Virus record (IMG/VR): IMGVR_UViG_3300020185_000011
Length of the DNA stretch: 64,000 nucleotides
Reading direction: 5' to 3' (one strand)
Origin: a virus
A program made the translations under genes and the position numbers. Each line of letters begins with the position of its first letter. Position 1 is the stretch's first letter. Under the pieces are notes generated by a model, which saw nothing but the letters and a program-made list of their open reading frames with translations, had not been told where the DNA came from and did not search any database. Positions 49,114 through 58,964 of the stretch are shown here, piece after piece.

Positions 49114-49744
49114 CGATTATCAAATGACACCAGTTGTCATTGAAGAAAACGCAAAGGGACAGAAGGAATACTTCATCGAAGGTGTTTTCATGCAGTCTGA
49201 AATTAAGAACCGTAACGGCCGTGTATATCCTAAAGAGATAATGGAAAAAGAAGTAAACCGTTACAGAAAAGAATTCGTTGAGAAAGATAGAGCATTTGGA
49301 GAACTCGGACATCCCGAGGGCCCGACTATTAATCTTGACAAAGTGTCACACTTAATCACATCTTTAGAAGAAGATGGTAACAATTATGTGGGACGTGCAA
49401 AGATTTTGAGCACACCAAACGGTCAAATCGTAAGAAATTTGATTGATGACGGTGCCAAACTAGGAGTATCATCTAGAGGATTAGGTTCCTTGGAAGAAAA
49501 AGGTGGAGCTCAATACGTGAAAGGGGACTTTCAATTAGCAACAGCAGCCGATATAGTTGCAGACCCTTCTGCACCCGAGGCCTTCGTTGAAGGTATATAC
49601 GAAGGTGTAGAGTGGATTATGTCTAATGGTATATTGAAAGCAGTTGATTCAGAGCAGATGCGAACCGAATTAAGGGGTGCAAAACTGAATAAATTGGAAG
49701 AAACCAAGTTAAATCTATGGAAAAGGTTTGTTGAAAGCCTATAA
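49091..49744 (+). CDS. gp21: Prohead protease gp21
   Basis: IEGVFMQ..KNRNGRVYP, GELGHP, GVSSRG.GSL, DIVADPSAP.AFV.GI.E. Confidence 0.95.
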   Translation: MKLISEYNDYQMTPVVIEENAKGQKEYFIEGVFMQSEIKNRNGRVYPKEIMEKEVNRYRKEFVEKDRAFGELGHPEGPTINLDKVSHLITSLEEDGNNYVGRAKILSTPNGQIVRNLIDDGAKLGVSSRGLGSLEEKGGAQYVKGDFQLATAADIVADPSAPEAFVEGIYEGVEWIMSNGILKAVDSEQMRTELRGAKLNKLEETKLNLWKRFVESL

Positions 49745-49782
49745 CATATAAATAAAAAAGTAAACTCAAACAGGAGAAAAAC

Positions 49783-51123
49783 ATGGCAGAGTTAGAAAAT
49801 AACCTAGAAAGTACAGAAGTAGAAGTTTCTGAAGAGAAGCAACCTACAGACGGTGCTCAAAAAGGTGACGCGAAACCTGTTAAGCAAGGTTCATCAGATG
49901 CCGAGAAAATCGAAAGCGGTAAAGCTGAAGTCGTCAAACCCGAAGAAAATCCTGTTGACAAAGCAGTTGATGCACAAAAGAAAGCAGAGAATGTGAAACC
50001 AGTTAGTGGTGATGCACATCAAAAGAATGCTGGAAAAGGTGACAGTCAACCTAAACTTGCAAAAGTTTCAGAAGAAGAAGAGTCTAAAGATGTTGTTAAG
50101 GCAACAAAAATGGAATCAATCAAAGCTATCGTCAACAACATGAAGGAAATGACTAAGGAAGAACTTCAAAGTAGATTCAGTTCTATTTCAGAAGACGAAG
50201 TTGACGAGACCTTGACTAAAGCAGAAGTAGCTAGAAAAATTGTAGAATCACTAAAGTCTATGGACGAAGAAGCAGTTGCAGAACTTGCTGAAAAGTGGTC
50301 TGAAAAGGAAGAAGAGGAAGAAGAAGTCAAAGAGGAAATCGTTGACGAAGAAACTTCTGCAGAGCTCGAAGCAAACCTAGTCGAGATTGAAGTAGAAGAC
50401 GACCTATCTAAAATCTCTGAAGCACTAGACCTTTCAGAAGAAAGTGCTGAGAAAGCAAGAACTATCTTCAAGGCTGCAGTCTCATCTAAAGTAGAAGAGA
50501 TTAAAGAGTCTTTAGAAACCCAATATTCAGAAGAATTAAAATCCTCAGTGGAAAAAGTCAAAGCTGACCTCGCAGAAGGCGTTGACAAATATCTTTCATA
50601 TGTTGCAGACGAGTGGACGAAAGAAAACGAACTTGCAATAGAAAGAGGATTGAGAGCAGAGATGACAGAGAACTTCATCGATGGTTTGAAAACATTGTTC
50701 ACAGAACACTATGTTGACGTGCCAGAAGATAAGTACAACGTTATCGATGAACTCGCAAATCGTCTCGATGAGATGGAGCAAAAGCTTGATGGTGAAGTCA
50801 GTAAAAATATTGATATCACAGAAGAGTTAGATGCCCTCAAGAGAAGTAACGTGGTTAAGGCAGCTGGTGACAGTTTGTCCGAGTCACAAAAAGAGAAGCT
50901 AGAATCATTATCTAATGGTGTAGACTTCAAAGATGAAGCAGACTTCGCTGAGAAGATTGCAGAAATCGCTGAAGCTTACTTTCCAAAAGAAAGTGATAAA
51001 CTAGTTGAGGATACTATTGTAGAAGAAGGAACAGGGGAACTTGATGAAAAGAAAGAACCACTACTTGCTCCCGACATGCAACAGTACACTCAAGCAATAA
51101 CTAAACTAAAACCATTAGGTTAA
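49783..51123 (+). CDS. gp22: Prohead core scaffold gp22
   Basis: Very acidic coiled coil; KA.TIF.AAV, YL.YV..EW..EN.LAIE.G. Confidence 0.9.
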   Translation: MAELENNLESTEVEVSEEKQPTDGAQKGDAKPVKQGSSDAEKIESGKAEVVKPEENPVDKAVDAQKKAENVKPVSGDAHQKNAGKGDSQPKLAKVSEEEESKDVVKATKMESIKAIVNNMKEMTKEELQSRFSSISEDEVDETLTKAEVARKIVESLKSMDEEAVAELAEKWSEKEEEEEEVKEEIVDEETSAELEANLVEIEVEDDLSKISEALDLSEESAEKARTIFKAAVSSKVEEIKESLETQYSEELKSSVEKVKADLAEGVDKYLSYVADEWTKENELAIERGLRAEMTENFIDGLKTLFTEHYVDVPEDKYNVIDELANRLDEMEQKLDGEVSKNIDITEELDALKRSNVVKAAGDSLSESQKEKLESLSNGVDFKDEADFAEKIAEIAEAYFPKESDKLVEDTIVEEGTGELDEKKEPLLAPDMQQYTQAITKLKPLG

Positions 51124-51141
51124 ATTTAAAGGAAAAATAAA

Positions 51142-52446
51142 ATGTTTTTATCAGAAAACTTACAAGAAAAGTGGGAGCCGATTCTAGAACACTCCGATTT
51201 ACCAAAAATCGAAGACAACTACAAGCGTGCTGTTACTGCTGTTATTCTTGAAAACCAAGAGAAGGCCCTTTTCGAAGAGCAAGGAAACTTGGAAGAAGCA
51301 GCACCTTTAAATGCTACTGGAAGCGCGGTTGCAAACTGGAATCCTATTTTGATTTCATTAGTAAGACGTGCTATGCCAAATCTCGTTGCATACGACATTT
51401 GTGGTGTTCAACCAATGACAGGCCCAACTGGACTTATCTTTGCTATGAAAGCAAGATATAACGATGATACTGACGCCGATAGAGCTGCAAAATCAGAAGC
51501 ACTTCATAACGAAGCAAGAACTGATTACTCTGCATCTCCTCAAGGAACAGGTACTTCACTAGGTTCAGACCCAATAGGTGACCCTTTCGACACATCATCT
51601 CCTTCATACGCATCCACTACAAGTGGTGGTATGAGTACTGCTTCTGCTGAAGCATTAGGTGATGGAGCAGGAAATCACTTTGCAGAGATGGCATTCTCAA
51701 TCGAGAAAGCTACTGTCACTGCTAAATCCAGAGCATTAAAAGCTGAGTACACACTCGAACTTGCACAAGACCTCAAAGCAATCCACGGTCTTGACGCAGA
51801 ATCAGAACTTGCAAATATTCTTTCATCAGAAATTCTTGCAGAAATCAACCGTGAAGTTATCAGAAATGTTAACTTACAAGCAAAAACTGGTGCAGCTTCA
51901 ACAGCTTCAGCAGGTACTTTCAACCTAGACGTTGATGCTAACGGTAGATGGTCTGTTGAGAAATTCAAAGGATTATTGTTCCAAATCGAAAGAGAATCAA
52001 ACTTCATCGCTAAAGATACACGTAGAGGAAAAGGTAACTTTATCCTATGTTCATCTGATGTAGCTTCTGCTCTTTCAATGGCAGGTGTATTAGATTACAC
52101 TCCTGCTCTTAACACAAACTTAAACGTTGACGATACTGGTAATACTTTTGCTGGTCTTCTAAACGGAAGAGTTAAAGTATATGTTGACCCATATGCTGGT
52201 GTTGACTACTTAACAGTAGGTTATAGAGGAACTAACCCTTATGATGCTGGTCTTTTCTATTGCCCATACGTTCCATTACAAATGGTTCGTGCAGTAGGTG
52301 AGAACACATTCCAACCAAAAATCGGTTTCAAAACTAGATATGGTATGGTTTCAAATCCATTCGTAGGTGCTACACCTGCTGACGGACTTGCATCCGCTGG
52401 AACTAACCAGTACTACAGAAAGATGGCAGTGTCTAACATTCTGTAA
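51142..52446 (+). CDS. gp23: Major capsid protein gp23
   Basis: LISLVRRAMPNL.AYDICGVQPMTGPTGLIFAM, SRALKAEY..ELAQDLKAIHGLDAE, FQPKIGFKTRYG. Confidence 0.97.
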   Translation: MFLSENLQEKWEPILEHSDLPKIEDNYKRAVTAVILENQEKALFEEQGNLEEAAPLNATGSAVANWNPILISLVRRAMPNLVAYDICGVQPMTGPTGLIFAMKARYNDDTDADRAAKSEALHNEARTDYSASPQGTGTSLGSDPIGDPFDTSSPSYASTTSGGMSTASAEALGDGAGNHFAEMAFSIEKATVTAKSRALKAEYTLELAQDLKAIHGLDAESELANILSSEILAEINREVIRNVNLQAKTGAASTASAGTFNLDVDANGRWSVEKFKGLLFQIERESNFIAKDTRRGKGNFILCSSDVASALSMAGVLDYTPALNTNLNVDDTGNTFAGLLNGRVKVYVDPYAGVDYLTVGYRGTNPYDAGLFYCPYVPLQMVRAVGENTFQPKIGFKTRYGMVSNPFVGATPADGLASAGTNQYYRKMAVSNIL

Positions 52447-52480
52447 GGAACTTAGGTTCTCATTCCTTAATTGGAATACT

Positions 52481-52508
52481 AAAACCCCTCTCACGAGGGG
52501 TTTTTTTT
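52481..52508. terminator. Probably bidirectional intrinsic terminator after gp23
   Basis: AAAA-CCCCTC-TCAC-GAGGGG-T8. Confidence 0.8.
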
Positions 52509-52796
52509 AGCATGACTGAATCGTTCAATGTCTTGGGTATGACCCCAATTCTTTACACCGTGTCCTTCTAGTGGGGCCTTACCCCAATTTTATTAAGGTC
52601 AATAGGTAGTGACCATACGGAAGTTCGTTTACCACACCATTCCAATTTGTCAGAAATTTCAAGTGCTTCTCTGTTCGGATTCTATCCACACCTCACGATT
52701 ATATGCCACGTCTTAATTGACTTTAACAGTGTGGAACACCTTGTCTATACGGAACAACCTCTCACAACCATCTAACTTCCGTCTCGACTTCCTACC
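52481..52796 (-). ncRNA. Candidate structured ncRNA (~310 nt)
   Basis: No ORF; own minus-strand sigma70 promoter; nested inverted repeats; ends at the gp23 terminator. Confidence 0.55.
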
Positions 52797-52801
52797 TTAC
52801 A

Positions 52802-52831
52802 AGTATACCAAAATATGATATCCATTGTCAA
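52802..52831 (-). promoter_or_regulatory. Sigma70-type promoter (minus strand)
   Basis: TTGACA-18 nt-TATACT with TG extension on the reverse strand. Confidence 0.65.
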
Positions 52832-52861
52832 GGCACATATTTATACGCGATAAATAAGTAT

Positions 52862-53659
52862 ATGAAGATGATTAAGTATGGTGAGGGGTTGGAAGGTTTC
52901 TTTAAATGGAAGAATCCAATCACAGATGACGAACACACAATGTACCTTCCAACGGAAGCAAGAGTTAAAAAGGTTATCGATTGTAAAGGTGAAGACTGGT
53001 TTGATGGTAAGACTATCCTAGAACTAGGAACTGCACATGGATTGATTGGTAGACACTTTGAGAAGTTGGGTGCAACTGTAAGTTATGCAGATGCTAGACA
53101 AGAACTACTGGATTCCATAGAAACAGACTCAGAAAAGTTATGTATCAATCATAATGACGAATGGTCTTTCAATAGAAAGTGGGATTTGATTATACACTTT
53201 GGTACTCTATATCATGTTAAAAACATCTATGATGATTTGAGAAGAGCATTTAATCATACGGATGAAATGTTCTTAGAGACTGCAGTCAATTCATTACCAA
53301 TGCCAGCACCATGGTTTAGACAAGAAGAGTGGTCGGGTGTACATGGAGCTCCAGGCGAAAAGAAGAAGAAAAATTCTAGAGTCTTTAATGGGTTCGACCA
53401 GTGGGAAGCTTCATTTAATGATACACATGTAGAAGAATACTTAGACGAGATAGGTAAGACCTACACAAGATATGATGATGAAGATTTGGATAATGAATTT
53501 GGTATAATCATACCTAACGAAGTCTACAGAAGAGACGTGTATAGTTGGACACTAGAAGATGTACACCCTAAGAATCCTATGGAACCAGTTAAGTTTGCAT
53601 CAATACCACCAAATTATGTTCACTTCCGTAGGTTCTGGCATATCAAAACACCTAAATAA
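52862..53659 (+). CDS. Class I SAM-dependent methyltransferase
   Basis: ILELGTAHG motif I, YADAR, WDLIIHFGTLYH. Confidence 0.75.
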   Translation: MKMIKYGEGLEGFFKWKNPITDDEHTMYLPTEARVKKVIDCKGEDWFDGKTILELGTAHGLIGRHFEKLGATVSYADARQELLDSIETDSEKLCINHNDEWSFNRKWDLIIHFGTLYHVKNIYDDLRRAFNHTDEMFLETAVNSLPMPAPWFRQEEWSGVHGAPGEKKKKNSRVFNGFDQWEASFNDTHVEEYLDEIGKTYTRYDDEDLDNEFGIIIPNEVYRRDVYSWTLEDVHPKNPMEPVKFASIPPNYVHFRRFWHIKTPK

Positions 53660-53677
53660 GTATATACGGAGAACAAT

Positions 53678-53896
53678 ATGTCAAATTATGAAAAGAGTGT
53701 ACAAGTTTTAGAGGGCCCATGGGAAGCAAAAATATTTCCACAAGGTCGAGAGAACACAAATGTAATCTCTAGAAAAACTGTAACCACTTATATCCAAGAA
53801 GGATATCTATGTGAGGAAACTACAACAAGAGAGTATAGGGGTGACGATTATCACGACATCACTACTAACAAACGGATAACAAGAGTCCATGGCTGA
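53678..53896 (+). CDS. Hypothetical protein
   Basis: GGAG RBS and a late-promoter-like CTAAATA upstream. Confidence 0.6.
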   Translation: MSNYEKSVQVLEGPWEAKIFPQGRENTNVISRKTVTTYIQEGYLCEETTTREYRGDDYHDITTNKRITRVHG

Positions 53897-54425
53897 CATC
53901 AATAAATCCCTTCTCAATAAGAACAACTTTAGACTTCTTATTGATAGGATACCAACTGCAGAATACTTTGTCAAGAAGTGTAATATTCCAGGCGTGTCAT
54001 TCTCAGAATTAGCACATGGTGCTGGGGTTGGGTTGGATGCATATTTTCCAGGCGACAAAGTTACATTTGAAAATCTATCTGTAGACTTCTTGGTGGATGA
54101 AGACCTAGAGAACTTCAAAGAAGTGTACGAATGGATGAATGCAATTGTACCAATTAAAGACCCTAAAGATTATGAGACCTATGTTGGTACCAGTAGAAAT
54201 CTAATAGGAACGTCTTCGGATAAGGGAGATGCAGGCTCAGAAGTATCTGATATCACTCTTATTACAACAACAAACAAAAACATACCCAATAGATACTTTA
54301 GATTTCATGACTGCTTTCCAATCGGTCTAAGTGGATTAGAGTTTGAATCGGGTGCAGATGGTGAATCTGTGGTTGCAACTATTGAGTTTAAATTTACTTA
54401 CTACGACATAGAAACCACTAGTTAG
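53889..54425 (+). CDS. gp3: Tail tube terminator / completion protein gp3
   Basis: NIPG, PGDKV.FE.L.V.FLVDEDLEN..E.Y.WM, FP..LSGLEF. Confidence 0.88.
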   Translation: MADINKSLLNKNNFRLLIDRIPTAEYFVKKCNIPGVSFSELAHGAGVGLDAYFPGDKVTFENLSVDFLVDEDLENFKEVYEWMNAIVPIKDPKDYETYVGTSRNLIGTSSDKGDAGSEVSDITLITTTNKNIPNRYFRFHDCFPIGLSGLEFESGADGESVVATIEFKFTYYDIETTS

Positions 54426-54453
54426 ATTCACGTTTTCGTGATATAATATTATT

Positions 54454-54897
54454 ATGACTTTAGAAGAATTGAAAGCCCAGTGGGCAGGTGACTGTGAAAT
54501 AGATGACATTGAATTGGATACTGCATCCTTAGAAGTACCTAAGCTTCATGCAAAATACCAAGACTTACTTACCAATAAGATTCTAGTCCTTAAGAAATAC
54601 CAAGAACAATACAACACCTTACTTAAAGATAAGTGGTTATGGTTTAATGGTAAAATGGATGACGATAGAATCAGAGAGTTAGGGTGGAACCCCGACCCTT
54701 TTGATGGTCTTAAGATTATGAAGAATGATATGAACATCTTCTTCAATGCAGATAAAGATTTACAAGAACTCAATGCAAAGATTGAGTATCTCAAAGTTAC
54801 GGTAGACTTTCTCAAAGAGTGTATGCAAAATATCACTTGGAGACACCAAACGATTAGAAACACAATCGATTGGAGAAAGTTCATGGCAGGACAATAA
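54454..54897 (+). CDS. uvsY: Recombination mediator UvsY
   Basis: W..DCEID..ELD..SL.VPKLHAKY, R...I.N.IDW.KF.AG. Confidence 0.9.
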   Translation: MTLEELKAQWAGDCEIDDIELDTASLEVPKLHAKYQDLLTNKILVLKKYQEQYNTLLKDKWLWFNGKMDDDRIRELGWNPDPFDGLKIMKNDMNIFFNADKDLQELNAKIEYLKVTVDFLKECMQNITWRHQTIRNTIDWRKFMAGQ

Positions 54898-55607
54898 TGA
54901 ATTTACAAAATTACATGTGGACATATCCGTCTCTATTAACTTCAGAGGAAGTTGAATTTATCAATGGTAAAGCTTTAGACTTCCCTCTAGAGGAAGGTGC
55001 AGTTGGTCAAGGTGGAAGGTTAGACCTAGACCCCGATGCAGAACAAGCTCATATGGAAAGAGGAAACGGTAGTGGTGGTAAAGTTGTTGATAACATAAGA
55101 GCATCAGATGTTCGTTGGTTGCATGGAGACCACCTAGAAATCTTGGGAGATGTATTCACCAAGATTACCGAAGCAGTTACCATGGGGATGAAACAGAGTG
55201 GATGGAATGTTGACATAGAACAAGTAGAACCATTTCAGCATACAACTTACCATGCACAACAAGGTGAACGAGGTGGATTCTATACATGGCATACAGATGC
55301 TGGAGATAAACCATACGAAAATAGTGGTATGATTAGAAAGTTAAGTATGTCTATTCAGCTGACAGACCCCGATGAATATGAAGGTGGTAACTTCCAGTGG
55401 ATAGAAGATGTCCGTGCAAAGGACACACTTACACGTGAAGATTATACACGAGACATGAGAGATTTCTATAGACAAATTCCCAACTCATCAAAACAAAAGG
55501 GGTCATTGATATTGTTCCCTTCCTTTGTACATCATCAAGTGACTCCTGTCACTAAGGGAACTCGAACCAGTTTAGTCGGTTGGTTTATAGGATATCCATA
55601 CAAATAA
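54897..55607 (+). CDS. 2OG-Fe(II) oxygenase (PKHD/P4H-like)
   Basis: FYTWHTD, RKLSMSIQL.DP.EYEGG, FPSFVHHQVTPVTKGTR.SLVGW; TAATG coupling to uvsY. Confidence 0.88.
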   Translation: MNLQNYMWTYPSLLTSEEVEFINGKALDFPLEEGAVGQGGRLDLDPDAEQAHMERGNGSGGKVVDNIRASDVRWLHGDHLEILGDVFTKITEAVTMGMKQSGWNVDIEQVEPFQHTTYHAQQGERGGFYTWHTDAGDKPYENSGMIRKLSMSIQLTDPDEYEGGNFQWIEDVRAKDTLTREDYTRDMRDFYRQIPNSSKQKGSLILFPSFVHHQVTPVTKGTRTSLVGWFIGYPYK

Positions 55608-55608
55608 A

Positions 55609-57033
55609 ATGAAAGTCATAGTATCAAAGGTGGACGAATGTTTCATGAGGGTAGACTGTGATGACGGTTTAGCCAAAGACCTTCATGACTATTTCTCTTT
55701 CACTGTACCAAACGCAAAGTTCATGCCAAGTTATAAAAACAAATGGTGGGACGGTAAAGTATATCTTTTCTCAATCAAAACACATAAGATTTATATTGGG
55801 TTACTTCCATACGTAGATGAGTTCTGCAGAGAACGAGGTTACGAGTTTGAAGGTATTCAAGATGTTATTGGTAAGAAGCAAAGAAACAACGGGCCGATAT
55901 CAATAGAAGATTGGATTAGTATATTAGACCTTCCATTTGAACCAAGAGATTACCAGTTAGAAGCTTTTAAAACTGCAGTTCAATATGGTAGGCAACTATT
56001 ATTATCACCCACTGCAAGTGGTAAGTCTCTAATCATTTATTTACTTGCAAGATACTATGACTCTAAGACAGTCATCATTGTACCCACCACATCATTAGTG
56101 GAACAGATGACTAAGGATTTTAAAGACTACGGATACAAAGACCCTATCTGTAAAATTTATCATGGTCAAGAAGTTTTCGATGCACCAATCACAGTTACCA
56201 CATGGCAGTCATTTAGTAAAGCACCAAAGGAAGTAATGCAATCATTCGATGTTGTAATAGGAGACGAAGCTCATCTGTTTAAAGCAAATGTACTGAAAGG
56301 TATACTTGAAAAGATGAAGACTACTGCTGTACGTATTGGATGTACTGGTACACTGGACGGAACAGAAGTACACAGACTACAACTAGAAGGTTTATTCGGC
56401 CCTGTCAAAAAGGTCATAAGCACAAAGGAGTTGATGGATTCGGGAACGATTGCAAATTTAAAAATAGAATGTGTCATACTTCGTCATACTAAACAGAAAA
56501 AAATGTCATACCAAGATGAGATGGATTATCTAGTATCACATCAAGAAAGAAATCATTTCATAACTAATCTTGTGGGGTCACTGAAAGGTAATACCCTAGT
56601 ACTATTTCAATACATTGAGAAACATGGACAACCACTATGGGAAATGTTCAACCCCATGGTCACACGAAGAAAGGGAACGCTCCACTATGTCAATGGTGGG
56701 ACAGATGTAGAAGACCGAGAAGCAGTTAGAGAAATAGTAGAGAGAAGTAACAATAACGTCATACTAGCATCATACGGAACTTTCTCTACAGGTGTTAACA
56801 TCAAACGAATAGACAATATTGTCTTCGCATCCCCAAGTAAAAGTCGAATCAGAAACCTTCAATCTATAGGTAGAGGACTTCGTAAGGCTGACGGTAAAAC
56901 AGAGATGAAATTGTTTGACATATCAGATGATATGCAATGCGAAAATCATACCCTAAATCACCTCAAAGAACGTATAAATATATACAACGAAGAAAACTTT
57001 ACATACGAGATAAGGCAGTTCGATTTAAAATGA
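55609..57033 (+). CDS. uvsW: UvsW helicase
   Basis: PRDYQ, SPTASGKS, GDEAH, SYGTFSTGVNI, LQSIGRGLR. Confidence 0.93.
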   Translation: MKVIVSKVDECFMRVDCDDGLAKDLHDYFSFTVPNAKFMPSYKNKWWDGKVYLFSIKTHKIYIGLLPYVDEFCRERGYEFEGIQDVIGKKQRNNGPISIEDWISILDLPFEPRDYQLEAFKTAVQYGRQLLLSPTASGKSLIIYLLARYYDSKTVIIVPTTSLVEQMTKDFKDYGYKDPICKIYHGQEVFDAPITVTTWQSFSKAPKEVMQSFDVVIGDEAHLFKANVLKGILEKMKTTAVRIGCTGTLDGTEVHRLQLEGLFGPVKKVISTKELMDSGTIANLKIECVILRHTKQKKMSYQDEMDYLVSHQERNHFITNLVGSLKGNTLVLFQYIEKHGQPLWEMFNPMVTRRKGTLHYVNGGTDVEDREAVREIVERSNNNVILASYGTFSTGVNIKRIDNIVFASPSKSRIRNLQSIGRGLRKADGKTEMKLFDISDDMQCENHTLNHLKERINIYNEENFTYEIRQFDLK

Positions 57034-57491
57034 CAAGACCCTCAGATTTAACACCACAAAAATACGAAGTTGTAAAACTAAAAACTGGTAGTGAAGTGGT
57101 GGGTATGGTAAGAGACACAACTAAAGGTATTGAGATAACACTACCTATGATGTGTCAGTTAACCGTGCAAAATAAACTTGAAACTCTTGCAACCTTCTAT
57201 CCGTATGCACCTCTTAGTGATGACCCAATCATCGTTATTCCAAATGACCAAATACTATACCGTAGTAATATGAACCAGCAGTTCGTTCCATTCTATGATG
57301 AAGCTTCATCAAGGTGGTTGGAGATGGTAGAAACACAAACCATTCCTCTAACCAATAAAAAGAACACACCCGATGATGTACGTAGAGACTATCTAACGAA
57401 AGTAATGGAGTCCCTTGTCCCCGAAGACATAGACTTAATCGATGAAGACTTCGACCTTGAAGACTTCGACCCCAATAAAACTATCCATTAG
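57030..57491 (+). CDS. Conserved T4-like hypothetical downstream of uvsW
   Basis: VVKLKTGSEVVG Sm-like start; ATGA overlap with uvsW. Confidence 0.65.
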   Translation: MTRPSDLTPQKYEVVKLKTGSEVVGMVRDTTKGIEITLPMMCQLTVQNKLETLATFYPYAPLSDDPIIVIPNDQILYRSNMNQQFVPFYDEASSRWLEMVETQTIPLTNKKNTPDDVRRDYLTKVMESLVPEDIDLIDEDFDLEDFDPNKTIH

Positions 57492-57577
57492 GATTTTTAT
57501 TTGTCTAAATAAGTGCGTATAATTGGTGTCTATATACTATTATACAAAATTTTTATAACTTAATTAAAAGGAAAACC

Positions 57578-57742
57578 ATGACCACAGCAACTTTGTTTGC
57601 GAAGAGCATGGTACGAAAAGCTAGAGAAGTCAAAGAGAACAAACGTGTTTGTGCAATCTGTGACACTATCGAATTTCTAGTGCTGTTAACTCTTCCATTT
57701 GCTCTACCATTCTTAGTAATTTCATTCAGTTCACCGTACTGA
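57578..57742 (+). CDS. Small membrane protein, 54 aa (CxxC plus TM)
   Basis: AAGGA RBS; MTTATLFAKSMVRKAREVKENKRVCAICDTIEFLVLLTLPFALPFLVISFSSPY. Confidence 0.6.
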   Translation: MTTATLFAKSMVRKAREVKENKRVCAICDTIEFLVLLTLPFALPFLVISFSSPY

Positions 57743-57743
57743 A

Positions 57744-57845
57744 ATGAGTTCTAAGAAACTAAACAAGCTACGGGAACAGACAGAGATAGTATGTCTCTGT
57801 CTTGTTTTCATCGCATCCATTATAGGTTTAATTCCTAATGTCTGA
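57744..57845 (+). CDS. Small membrane protein, 33 aa
   Basis: MSSKKLNKLREQTEIVCLCLVFIASIIGLIPNV; abuts the previous stop. Confidence 0.45.
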   Translation: MSSKKLNKLREQTEIVCLCLVFIASIIGLIPNV

Positions 57846-57921
57846 TATTTGGTTATTGATTAGTGGGTTGACCTTTCAACTTATAGTACTAATAGCCCTT
57901 CACCTTTATAACCCAAAATGA
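57838..57921 (+). CDS. Small membrane peptide, 27 aa
   Basis: MSDIWLLISGLTFQLIVLIALHLYNPK; overlaps neighbours at both ends. Confidence 0.4.
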   Translation: MSDIWLLISGLTFQLIVLIALHLYNPK

Positions 57922-58121
57922 TACATGTACCTTGGTTTCAAAAACCCGAAAACGAAAGAACTGCTTTGCAGATTGTTAACCTATCACCCAGTGAAAGTTC
58001 TATAGAAAAGTTAGTTGAGATGCATCCCATGAGACAAGTCTTTTGGGCATCGATAATTCAAATCTCTGTATTTGGATTCATGTTACTTTCATTCTATATC
58101 ATTGACAAGTTTGTGTCATGA
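57918..58121 (+). CDS. Small membrane protein, 67 aa
   Basis: ATGA coupling; C-terminal TM helix. Confidence 0.6.
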   Translation: MIHVPWFQKPENERTALQIVNLSPSESSIEKLVEMHPMRQVFWASIIQISVFGFMLLSFYIIDKFVS

Positions 58122-58240
58122 TAAAGTATTCCTTTGCTGTGATTCTTCTTATGCAATGGACGTTCCTCGAACGAGAGCCTGGAGCGTTACGTGCAGTCCG
58201 AGAATTGGAACAATTCAAACGACACGTTCAGACGTTATAA
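58118..58240 (+). CDS. Small protein, 40 aa, hydrophobic N-terminus
   Basis: ATGA coupling; MIKYSFAVILLMQWTFLEREPGALRAVRELEQFKRHVQTL. Confidence 0.45.
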   Translation: MIKYSFAVILLMQWTFLEREPGALRAVRELEQFKRHVQTL

Positions 58241-58371
58241 ATACAATTGTACATAAGAAGATAGAGTTAGTTATTACTAGCTAAGTATATCCCCCTTGGG
58301 ACATATTCATTTTATCACAGTTTTTCTATTTGTACAGTGGCTTTTAAAATTTATTTTTATTAAGAAAGCCC

Positions 58372-58400
58372 CTTACAATACCACATAAAAAGGGTATAAT
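58372..58400 (+). promoter_or_regulatory. Sigma70-type promoter for gp55
   Basis: CTTACA-17 nt-TATAAT; the ATG begins 7 nt after the -10 box (leaderless geometry). Confidence 0.55.
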
Positions 58401-58406
58401 GTATAC

Positions 58407-58964
58407 ATGACTAAGAAAAAAGACCCCAAAAAAGCAGAACACTACGTTAACAACAAAGAGTTTACAGCTGCAGTTGCAGAGTTTAATACTTTAGTTGCAA
58501 AGGCAGAATCTGCTGGGAAAGAACCCCCTCGAATGACTGAATACATTGGTGAGTGCATCTATAAGATTGCAACCCGATTATCCACTCGACCCAATTTCAT
58601 CAACTATACTTACCGTGACGAAATGATTTGTGATGCAATCGAAAATTGCATACAATACATTGGTAACTTCAACGTTGAAAAGTCCAACAATGCATTTGCA
58701 TATGTTACTCAGATTTGTTATTACGCTTTCTTAAGAAGGATACAGAAGGAAAAGAAACAAGTCTACATCAAACAAAAACAAATCATGGAATCATCTATTA
58801 CTATGGATTCATTTGCAACCATCGATGGTCAACACGACCCAAGTTTATCGAACACGAATGTGGAATGGATGCAAGAGAATATGAATCGTGTAGAGTATGA
58901 ACCACGTAAATCAAAAAACAAAAAGAAGAAAGCTAACAAGAACTTAGAAAACTTTACTGAATGA
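58407..58964 (+). CDS. gp55: Late-transcription sigma factor gp55
   Basis: HYVNNKEF, YIGEC..KIA..LS.RPNF.NYTYRDEMI.D.IENC, AF.RRIQKEKKQ. Confidence 0.95.
   Translation: MTKKKDPKKAEHYVNNKEFTAAVAEFNTLVAKAESAGKEPPRMTEYIGECIYKIATRLSTRPNFINYTYRDEMICDAIENCIQYIGNFNVEKSNNAFAYVTQICYYAFLRRIQKEKKQVYIKQKQIMESSITMDSFATIDGQHDPSLSNTNVEWMQENMNRVEYEPRKSKNKKKKANKNLENFTE

Noticed and set aside
52510-52800. tRNA, tmRNA or homing endonuclease/intron behind gp23
   Set aside because: No cloverleaf, CCA end, tag frame or ORF recognised; kept only as an unclassified ncRNA candidate.
58072-58284. 70-aa track ORF
   Set aside because: It overlaps two better-coupled small ORFs (57918-58121 and 58118-58240), starts at TTG and has atypical composition.
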